Shown here piece by piece: positions 55,821 to 64,000 of a stretch of DNA of 64,000 bases. How positions within the stretch are numbered: position 1 is the first letter of the stretch; each line of letters starts with the position of its first letter. A model generated the notes under the pieces. That model did no database searches, was not told where the DNA came from, and was given only the letters and a program-made list of their open reading frames with translations. The stretch spans positions 372,001 to 436,000 of the forward strand of contig LSRY02000042.1 in the NCBI GenBank assembly GCA_001643675.2, written 5' to 3'. This DNA is from Monocercomonoides exilis PA203. Lineage: Eukaryota > Protista > Preaxostyla. The translations under genes and the position numbers were made by a program.

Positions 55821-58643
55821 CTACTCCCTCCCCTTGTTGCGCTGTCTTCGGGGGGTTCTCGATCGGGTCTTCTGTACCTGAGCGGGCATGACAATTTGTC
55901 CTATGCTTCTCTCTCCGCGTTTCCTCCGATCGGTCTCGAGTTTCTTCTGCAAGGCAGGTTGTCTACCCTCCGCCAGCTTCATGATGCTGCGGGGAATTAT
56001 GGACGGTGTCTCATCACCCCTGGTGGGTTGTGTTATATCGTCCTCATGATGCGAACTCTTCTCTCGAGTCGGCCCTCGTCTCTTCGAATTCTTTCTCTCG
56101 CTCGTCTCCGCTTCTCCCCCGGATTGTGATGTTTCTTCAGGTAATTCCTTAGTTTCAGATTCTGTATTCTCATTTGAAATTTCTTTTCCTTTGCTGTCCT
56201 TCTCCGACTTTCCTCCCTTCTCTGCCAGGGGTACTGGGCCACCGATTGTCTCCAGGATCCATCTCGTGTCCTGAACTGGTAACACGGTGTAATACTCCTG
56301 GGCTACTCTAGAGCCTGGCGCACAACTCGCGTACGCATTGATTGCTTTCCAATCTGCAGCTTGTTGTCTTGCTAAGTGCGTTATCACAGCGTGTCTTATC
56401 GAGTACGCGGTAAATGTGTCGGGTATTCCGTTCACTCTCAGGACAGCCACTAGTTCTTCCTTAATCCTCTGCAAATTTGCAGGTTGCCTCTCTCTGATAT
56501 CGAACCAAACATGTTCGTCTCTAAGGGTTGTCTTTGTATAATCCATCCAGCGTTGGAGCGCTACAACCGCATCGATACGTGGGTTTGGATGCTTATTTAT
56601 GATAACCTTAACAGTCTCTCCCCCTGATGTCTTTGTATGTACTTGTGTCTGGACTAGATTCTCTTTAAATATCGTTGTCCCTCTTCTCATCCTCTCTAGC
56701 TCTGCTGGTCTTAACGCACCAAATATCATAGTTAAAATGAGAGCCCTCCTCTGGAGGGTCTGTGGGTCTTTCATATCGTGAGTGGCTTCTGCCCATTTCG
56801 TGATGATTGTCAAGTCCCACATCGATTTGTATCGATTGCCTCTTCTTGGTTTCTCCCCCACATAGGTTTTAAGAAATATCTCTATGTCTTTCACGTCGAC
56901 CTTAGTCTTTCTGAAGAGGTTAATAGAATCCAGCACCTTCCGTACTGTCTGATTTATCACTCCACTTGAGAGGTTTGTATTCGAGAGTGTTTCGATGAAC
57001 TCTGCCATAATCCATTTTGCATCTTTCGTTGTGAGGGTGTCAGTGTCATCCATACTCTCTCTGTCTAGAAATTGCTTGAATCTTCTCAGCGCTCTCCACG
57101 TATCTCTCTCACTCTTCTGATTTCTAAGTATTGCTGCTGCTATGTCTTTTGCTCCAACGTGTTCTCCCCATGTTAAGAAGAGGTCTCTCCCCTGAATATT
57201 CTCTTCTCCAGTATAACGCTTATTACCTCTCCTGGGGGTAATTTCCAGCCTTCCCTTCTCATCTTCATTCCTGGTATCATGCACTCCTGAAAGGCCCCCA
57301 GGGTCTTTGTCAAATGCCCAGGCTGCAGTAGCGGGGTCCAGGTCTGCCCCCGCCAGGCTGGCAGAATCAGAATCGTCAGATTCCTCTGAGCTTCGCTCAT
57401 CTTCTCTTTCATCACTCGTCCAATGTTTCTCAGGAACGGGTGGACTAGGACTATGTCGTCTTCTGGTGTTCCTTTCTCTCTCTTCCTTCTCATGGAGGAT
57501 AGTCTCCAAGTACTTCCGCAGGGCACCGGCACAATCTGTTCTGAAATTGTATCTAGTGTTCTCGGTGCGATTGTCTGTAATATCTCTGCGACTTTCTCCC
57601 CCTTCAATGCATTGTCCGGCTTCTTCGCCATCCGGCTGAGTGCATCTGCTTCCGTGTTCTGCTCTCCCGGGAGATGTTCCGTCTGTATTGTCAAGTCCAG
57701 GCTGTTCAGTTTCTTCTCCAATGCTCTCAGTGTTGGGATGAGCGATGGCGCTCCCCTTTTCTTCTGGATTGTCCATCTCGTGGACATGTTGTCTGTCTTC
57801 AGACGAATATGATCTATCTTCTGCTGTTGCAGCCATGCTCCTTTCCTTTCCAAAGTCCTCAACACTGCTCTGGACTCCTTCTCGTTTATCGCTAATGCGC
57901 TCTCCTGGAGGGTCCAACTCCCGTGGACATATATCTTCTCCTCTTTGTTCTCTGTTGATATTGTCAATACTGCACCCCATCCCAGCTCTGATGCGTCCGT
58001 TGTTAGCTCTGCTGGTCTGTTCCTTCTCTTCAGACTCCTTGGTCTGTTCTCTCGCAGAGTTTTCCTCCAATGTGTTAGTTCTCCTAACATCATTGGGTTG
58101 GGTATCACCTTTCCATTCCAGCCTCCGCGGGCTATTGCATGCATCAGTACGTATTGCATGCGTTTCATCCACAAGCTCGCTGGTGGGTGTTGTAACCTCA
58201 CAAAATTCAGCCTCCCGAGGAGTGCTGCTAGGTCCTTCGTCTTTTGTCTCCTCCTCTTCTTTGCATGTGCTATCCACTTTCGCACATCCTCCAGGAGCAG
58301 CACTCTCTTCCTCTCTTGGAGCGTCACTTCCATCTTCTCTGAATTCCAACTCCATCCCAAAAACTCCACGCTCCTCGTGTGTTCCAACTTCAGTTTTTCC
58401 TCCGACAGAATCCAGCCCAGATTTCTCAGGAACTGGGCTATCTCCTGTGAGATCGATCTCAAAGCATCCCTGTCTGTGTGCATGAGGAGGATGTCGTCCA
58501 GATATATCACCAGCTTTACCTTCCAATGTTCTCTGATATATGACGCTGCCCGTCTCATTATCTTCGTGAATACTCTGGGCGCGTCCTTTGCTCCAAATGG
58601 CATCCCCACGTAAGTGTAGCATTGCTTTTGGAAGCTGAAGCAC
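55821..58643 (-). CDS. DIRS tyrosine recombinase (long N-terminal extension overlapping pol)
   Basis: WDL, GALRPAEL (catalytic R), HTKT (K), YSIRH and GS.VAQEYY (Y). In the same frame as ORF 58680-60095 and separated from it by one TAA. Confidence 0.9.
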   Translation of the reverse strand: MLQLPKAMLHLRGDAIWSKGRAQSIHEDNETGSVIYQRTLEGKAGDISGRHPPHAHRQGCFEIDLTGDSPVPEKSGLDSVGGKTEVGTHEERGVFGMELEFREDGSDAPREEESAAPGGCAKVDSTCKEEEETKDEGPSSTPREAEFCEVTTPTSELVDETHAIRTDACNSPRRLEWKGDTQPNDVRRTNTLEENSAREQTKESEEKEQTSRANNGRIRAGMGCSIDNINREQRGEDICPRELDPPGERISDKREGVQSSVEDFGKERSMAATAEDRSYSSEDRQHVHEMDNPEEKGSAIAHPNTESIGEETEQPGLDNTDGTSPGRAEHGSRCTQPDGEEAGQCIEGGESRRDITDNRTENTRYNFRTDCAGALRKYLETILHEKEERERNTRRRHSPSPPVPEKHWTSDEREDERSSEESDDSDSASLAGADLDPATAAWAFDKDPGGLSGVHDTRNEDEKGRLEITPRRGNKRYTGEENIQGRDLFLTWGEHVGAKDIAAAILRNQKSERDTWRALRRFKQFLDRESMDDTDTLTTKDAKWIMAEFIETLSNTNLSSGVINQTVRKVLDSINLFRKTKVDVKDIEIFLKTYVGEKPRRGNRYKSMWDLTIITKWAEATHDMKDPQTLQRRALILTMIFGALRPAELERMRRGTTIFKENLVQTQVHTKTSGGETVKVIINKHPNPRIDAVVALQRWMDYTKTTLRDEHVWFDIRERQPANLQRIKEELVAVLRVNGIPDTFTAYSIRHAVITHLARQQAADWKAINAYASCAPGSRVAQEYYTVLPVQDTRWILETIGGPVPLAEKGGKSEKDSKGKEISNENTESETKELPEETSQSGGEAETSERKNSKRRGPTREKSSHHEDDITQPTRGDETPSIIPRSIMKLAEGRQPALQKKLETDRRKRGERSIGQIVMPAQVQKTRSRTPRRQRNKGRE

Positions 58644-59800
58644 AGAAAGGGGCTGAATTGCTATTCCACTTTGACATGTTTATAGCCACTCGATATGTCG
58701 AGAGTGGTCATTCAATCGTTCTCCTCCAGGAGTTCCACAACTGTCTCCTGGGAATCCATCTTGAAGTGTTTCCCTAGCACTTCCTCGTTTAAAATTCTGC
58801 AATCCAGAATCTTCCTCCACTTTCCGTTCTTCTTCCGGACCATAAATGTCGGGTTGAACCACTTTACCTCCGACTCCTGTATGGGTTTCACCACTCCTTC
58901 TTTCAATTCTTCCTCTAAGAGGGATACATAATTGTTTGTCATCTCTGTTGTTCCCCGAAACTCTTGTCTGTGTTTTCTCTCCTCGAGTGAGATTGGGGAT
59001 TGGGGATCTTTCCATCGGGCTTTTATACCACGGCTCACTAGTTTGTCTCCCCCAATCTTCCTCCACTCGCTCAGCCTGTTCACCAGTCTCCCAGGAAGTG
59101 GCTCCTTCGGTGGTCCCACTGCTACGCAACTCCCCACTTCTGGTGTCCTTTGACCAGTCTGGATCTGTGCGGTCTCTTTCCCTTCGAGAGTATCTGCAGT
59201 AGCTATCTTCCAGCTCTCCTCCAGGACGCTCCCAATTAGGGACTCGATAACAGTCCCAGAAGCTCTCAAGGCTCTCTTCACTACCTCCCTCTCTGGTTCC
59301 TGATCGTTCATCTGTACTGTCCCGTGGGGATATACGGAGTCTTCCTCTGTGTTTACTCTCCCTGTTCCCATCTCGCGATCTCTCGAGCTTTCTATCTCTA
59401 TCCTCTTCTTTCGGTCGGAAGGGCTCAGTGCCTCTTCGTTGCTCTCGCAGACTTCCCAGGGTTCCTCCCCTGTGCTTGTCTGTCGATTGATTGGGACCTC
59501 CCGTAGGACTGTCATTCCCCTGAACTCTAACAGCATCATGTCCGTTCCTGTCTCGCGGCGAAGCGCGGCTCTCTCTTCTCTCTATGTCTCGCGGCAAAGC
59601 GCGGCTCTCTCTTCTCTCTCTGTCTCGCGGCATAGCGCGGCTCTCTCTTCTCTCTCTGTCTCGCGGCATAGCGCGGCTCTCTCTTCTCTCTCTGTCTCGC
59701 GGCATAGCGCGGCTCTCTCTACTCTCTCTGTCTCGCGGCATAGCGCGGCTCTCTCTTCTCTCTCTGTCTCGCGGAGAAGCGCGGCTCTCTCTAAGCCCAC
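57173..59800 (-). pseudogene. DIRS pol: reverse transcriptase, RNase H and degenerate methyltransferase-like domain; three in-frame stops
   Basis: RT motifs F.V.KKNGKWRKILDCR.LN, TTLDI..GY.H, MPFG...AP, YLDD. RNase H motifs TDAS..GWG, INEKE, TDN, HLPG..N..ADALSR. Tail VHPF...ILILPAW..Q.W.PLL. Stops at 59582, 58712 and 58661. Confidence 0.92.
59549..59791. repeat. 36-bp tandem repeat, about 6.7 copies, dual-coding
   Basis: Unit TGTCTCGCGGCATAGCGCGGCTCTCTCTTCTCTCTC. Encodes RETEREERAALC in the pol frame and PRDRERRESRAM in the YR frame. Confidence 0.95.
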
Positions 59801-61044
59801 TGTCTCGTACCAGTGGCTGTTCCTGCTGCTGATTCTCCCTGTATCCTCGGGGGGGCTGGAGGAAGGGGGACTGTGAACGAGGGCGCTCTCCCAGCTGTTG
59901 CTGGGGCCTGTTGTGGTCGAGCTTGTGTTGACCTCCTTCTCTGTTTGAAATTTGAGAAGCTCCCTTCGAAACCTTGCTTCTGGAATTGTCTGTAGGCAAA
60001 ACCTTGAGCGTTTCTGCCTGTGCTGTACCTCCCTGAGCGCCCGCCCCTGACTGGGGCGAGGCCGAAGGTTGTGGAAGAAACGGGGGATGCTCCATACCCT
60101 GGAGCGTCCCCCCCTGGACGAAAAAAGCTGGTGCTATCCACCAGTCTCCTGAAACTCTCTGGGATGTCCTTGGACATTCCCCCGTCCAGAAAACACTTCA
60201 CGTTCTCCCAGCTTGACTGAGGGATAACTTTCAGCAAATTTATGCGGCTAATACAGTCTGCTATTAGGGCGTACGCGCAAAAGAGCCCCCTCAGTCGCTC
60301 TTTCTCTTCTTCCTCTAAGCGCGTCTTTTTCAATTCTCTTGTAGTGAGGGCTGCAATCGCCTTCGCGGCTTCAAACCCCGATTCCAGGGCGGGCTGAAGC
60401 AGTTCGATAACCCGAGCGGATTCTGGAGAGTCTTTTCTTCCCTCAGCAGTGACCCCCGTCACTGCTAAGGCGTTCCAACTGATGTCAGTGTGTCTTGTAA
60501 AAAAGTTCTTCTCCGTCTCCGGGATAAAAGTGTTCAGGATATCATCATTTATTCTGATAGATCCGGCCTTGCAAAAGTCCATGAATCTCTTCAGTTCTCC
60601 TGCTTGTCTCCTAGGCGTTAACCATTCGTCTGGGAAAATTCCCAAGAAATCTTCGGATCTATCTTGCTCTTCTTCCCGCTTTTCTGTGTTTTCGGAATCG
60701 CTCTCGCTGGTTTCTACATCGTCCCATTTCTTCATCTGGTTACGTCCGCGACTGCCCCTCAATCGCTGTCTGTGTCTTTTCTTTGCGATCATCTCTGTGT
60801 CATCAGATTCGGACTCAGATTCGCTTGATCTCGATAGAGATCTTCCTCTTGGTCGTTCCCTCTTCGTCTTTCTCATTGGTAATATTCCTACTGTTCCCGA
60901 GCGGCTCGGAACTGCTCGGCTTCTCGCCATTTCCTCAATCAAATTTTCTACTCTTGAAAGTCTAATTGCAAGATCAAATCCTCTGTCCTCGCTGTCACTG
61001 GTTTCCATTCTAACAGGATCTTGTGTCATTATTGCTGCGGACAA
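59791..61044 (-). CDS. DIRS ORF1 (gag-like)
   Basis: 417-codon ORF immediately inside the 5' ITR, with a helical core and an R/G/Q-rich C-terminus. Its position is typical of DIRS gag. Confidence 0.8.
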   Translation of the reverse strand: MSAAIMTQDPVRMETSDSEDRGFDLAIRLSRVENLIEEMARSRAVPSRSGTVGILPMRKTKRERPRGRSLSRSSESESESDDTEMIAKKRHRQRLRGSRGRNQMKKWDDVETSESDSENTEKREEEQDRSEDFLGIFPDEWLTPRRQAGELKRFMDFCKAGSIRINDDILNTFIPETEKNFFTRHTDISWNALAVTGVTAEGRKDSPESARVIELLQPALESGFEAAKAIAALTTRELKKTRLEEEEKERLRGLFCAYALIADCISRINLLKVIPQSSWENVKCFLDGGMSKDIPESFRRLVDSTSFFRPGGDAPGYGASPVSSTTFGLAPVRGGRSGRYSTGRNAQGFAYRQFQKQGFEGSFSNFKQRRRSTQARPQQAPATAGRAPSFTVPLPPAPPRIQGESAAGTATGTRQWA

Positions 61045-62235
61045 TGGTGTGTAACAAAGGTTTATTTGTTAGCGAAGTTTGATCTTAAACCACCCATAAT
61101 TTAAGATCAAACTCATTATTGAGGAGCAAACCTGCTCCTTGCGTTCGGATATTCGCTCTATTGCGAATTGAAAAAAACACAGATTTTAAAAAATAATTGC
61201 ACAACAAGATATTTATCAAACATATAATTGTTGATTGTTAATTTATGTTTAAAAATTTTTAATTCTCAAAACAAGTTATATTAATCAATTGTTCAAGGTT
61301 GTCGAAAAAAATAAAGAAGAAAATATAAAAAAAAAAAGAAGGAAATTCTGGAAGTTTGTCTTCAGATCATTCAAAATGTTTTGCTGCATGGCCACCTTCA
61401 TTTCTTCTCCATCATCCGCCTCTTAGGCATCGCCTTCCTTGTAAGCTGAGCCCATCTTTTATCGGGCTGTTTGTTTTCCATTCAGACTCTGCAAATATTC
61501 CTTGAGTCTGTGATGATTCATGAAGAAGCAATTGTAGATGTCATTGGATGTGATTCAAACGAAGTATCAGAAGAAGTCAATAAGGGTGATGTTGAAGGTG
61601 ATGCCGAATAAGAATAAGAAGAAGAAGTAAAGAAGAAGTAGAAGAAGAAAAAAAAGAAGAAGAAGGAGATAGCAGAAGAAGAAATGTGAGGAGGAAGATG
61701 AGGTAGAAGAAGGAGCAAATGAAGAGGAAGAGGAAGAAGAGAGAAGAGTGTAAGCAGCATAAAATAATCCAGCTCTTTTTGTGTTTGGAGAGCGATTGAG
61801 AGGAGTAAAAAGAGGAGAAAAACGAGAAGAAGAAGAAGAAGATGATGATGATGAGAATGAAGATTTAGAGGAAGATGATGAAAGAGGAGGAGGTGGTGAA
61901 GGAGGTTTCAATTGATTTTGAGGTGGAGAAGGAGGAGAAGAAAAAAAGGAGGAAAGAGGAGAAGAAGAAGGAGAAGAGGAAGGAGAAGGAGGAGAAGATG
62001 AAGGAGGAGGAGGAGGAGGAGGAGGAGGAGGAGGAGGAGGAGGAGGAGGAGGAGGAGGTGTTAAAGAATCAGAAGAATTGGATGGAATAGAAGGAGAAGA
62101 AGAAGAAGGAAGAGAAGGAAGAGGAAGAAGAGGAAGAGGAAGAAGAGGAAGAGGAAGAAGAAGAAGAAGAAATCAAAAAAAAAAAAAGAAAAGAAAAGAA
62201 AAAAGAAAAGAAAAAAGAATAATTGTTTCATTCAC

Positions 62236-63655
62236 TCAAACATTTACAAAATAGTCTGAAATTTTCAATGACAATGGACTTTCATAATTCAAACAAAGAT
62301 AATAAAATATTTCATGAAAGCTAATGATGATATCTTCGTATCCTTCTTCTTCCATCTTTTCCAACAACTTCATATTATCTGCCTTTCTTTTCGCTTCTTT
62401 CCTTTCATCCTCTTTTTTCAATCGCCTTGAAATATTGAAGAAGAATTCCAAGCTTATAATTGTTATTCTGTCATCCATTGTTGATTTGTGAATCTCCTCC
62501 AGAAAAACATCAATAGCTCCTCCACTCACCAACAAATCACCAACTGTCACACTTCTATTTCTTGCTGCTTCTTCTAACACATAAATGCATTCTTTTCTTA
62601 TTTCTCTGTGATTATCCTTTGCTATTAGAAATACCTGAACAATGTTGTTAATTAGATCAGCAAAGTCTTCATTCCACAATTTGCAATGGTGAAAATAAAG
62701 CCACAATGTTCCAATCCATTTCATTAAAAAAAGATCTTCTTTCGTAACTTTTCTGCTTTCTTCTTTTCTCTTCCAATCCACATTTCTTTTCAGTTCTTCG
62801 ATTTCTCTTCTTGCTTCTCTCGCAAAATGCAGCTCATTCACAATGACACCTTCCAAACTATGAGCAAAGATTATTCTTTTGATAAAAAACTGCCAAGCTG
62901 ATTGATAGGCAATTCGTGTCAGATTGTGATGCTCCTGATGATATTTGATAATCTCTTTGATTTCATTTATATACAGCCCTTTTAGCACATTCTAATCAGA
63001 ATTAAAAAAATAACAAATTTCATCAAAAAGGAAATAGCAATGCCCATACGTAACTCCCAAAATTACTCAAAGCCAGTAAAGCCATTTCCACTTCTTTCTG
63101 AGCTTCCTCGTTTTCCTCTTTCCTCATTGCAACTTTCAGAAGACAGGGTATACAAATTGAACGTATTTTAAAAAATGTCATGTCGCTAAGTGAAAGATAG
63201 CACTCGCAAAGATCAACAAGAAGCTTTTCATTTTTTCCTTCTTTTTTCTCTTCTTCTTCAATGATCATTTCCTGGAATCGATCGCCCAAAAAAGAATTAC
63301 TAATTTCAAAATCATAAATGCATTTCAGCACTTTCCAATATCCTACATGCTTCAACAGCACAAGTGCATTCTCCATCGAAAGTATCTTTTCATCAATCGT
63401 TTTGTTCAATGCATCGAACAGTTCTTTTGTGAAAACAGAAATGAATTCTTCTTTGCCCATCTCTTCCATTAGTCCATTCATTTCTTCAATTTTCTGTCTT
63501 TGCTCATCAGCTGAGCTGTTGCTCAACTTGGAAAACAATTCTTCAAAAAACAAAGAAAGAAATCCAATCAAAAAGAATTCACATGCAACTGCAATTGCAC
63601 GCCATTGAATTTTTTTGTGTTGTCTGTCTCCTGAATTTTTGAAAATTTGTTGCAT
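62236..63655 (-). CDS. Multicopy family, copy 5
   Basis: ORFs 63023-63655 and 62236-62988 are joined by a phase-0 intron (TAC|GTATGG...ATTAG|AATGTG). Family motifs are present and the upstream sequence is similar to copies 3 and 4. Confidence 0.75.
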
Positions 63656-64000
63656 TCAGAAAACAACATCATTTAAATCATTCACATTGAAAGCACGAAC
63701 GTGTGGATAAAAGAAGTTTACGAAAAACAAAAAACTCAAAAATACCTTTAATAAATGTGCATTCATACCGCAATTTTTAGCATTTATGTTTTTGACAAAA
63801 GATAATGGAAAAAAATAATGCTTTATAATTAATCTTTATTTGTAATGGATTCAATGATCATCAGATTTGAAAGAAAGAATTATTCCATTCACAGAATGAG
63901 AAATCCGTGAGTGAACATTATCTGTAGAGCTAGGAATATTATTTCCTGTGGAGACAACTACAATGGTGGAATGCAATATTTTTGAAATTCTGCCTGATGA

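Larger units (their letters stand above)
54947..61171 (-). mobile_element. Full-length DIRS1-like tyrosine-recombinase retrotransposon
   Basis: gag, RT-RNaseH-MT and YR ORFs in three overlapping frames. Inverted terminal repeats 54981-55030 and 61072-61119. Internal complementary region 55616-55712. TTGA at both ends. Confidence 0.95.

Noticed and set aside
59549-59791. CRISPR-like array (36-bp unit)
   Set aside because: Head-to-tail repeats with no unique spacers, inside coding frames of a retrotransposon, and no cas genes.
61380-62200. Ser/Glu-rich coding-like stretch
   Set aside because: Low-complexity sequence with stops and frameshifts and no identifiable domain.

Overview
AT-rich, intron-rich eukaryotic DNA, not bacterial. 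The gene families, short GT-AG introns and poly-Ser/Glu insertions resemble an oxymonad (Monocercomonoides-like) genome; this is inference, and no database was used. The window has three parts. (1) A conserved core cluster at 36.8-51.7 kb: importin-alpha-like ARM protein, CNNM/DUF21-CBS metal transporter, Rab21-like GTPase and an ORC5-like protein. (2) Five dispersed copies of a 3-exon lineage-specific gene family, one intact and two decayed surface-protein genes, and a bacterial-type MATE transporter pseudogene. (3) A dense mobilome: three Merlin/IS1595-type DDE transposons, a pogo/DDE_1 relic, several MITEs and a full-length DIRS1-like tyrosine-recombinase retrotransposon (54947-61171) with ITRs and an ICR. 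The most notable observations are these. A 4.1-kb non-autonomous TIR element (9375-13495, AAT target duplication) carries a surface-protein gene as cargo, and its empty site is visible in a paralogous segment at about 54.2 kb. The DIRS 3' region holds a densely base-paired island that folds on the antisense strand, and its terminus holds a perfect 14-10-14 palindrome. A spliceosomal intron is present in only one of the three Merlin transposases. Several GC-AG introns with GCATG donors occur. All alignments and folds were done by eye.
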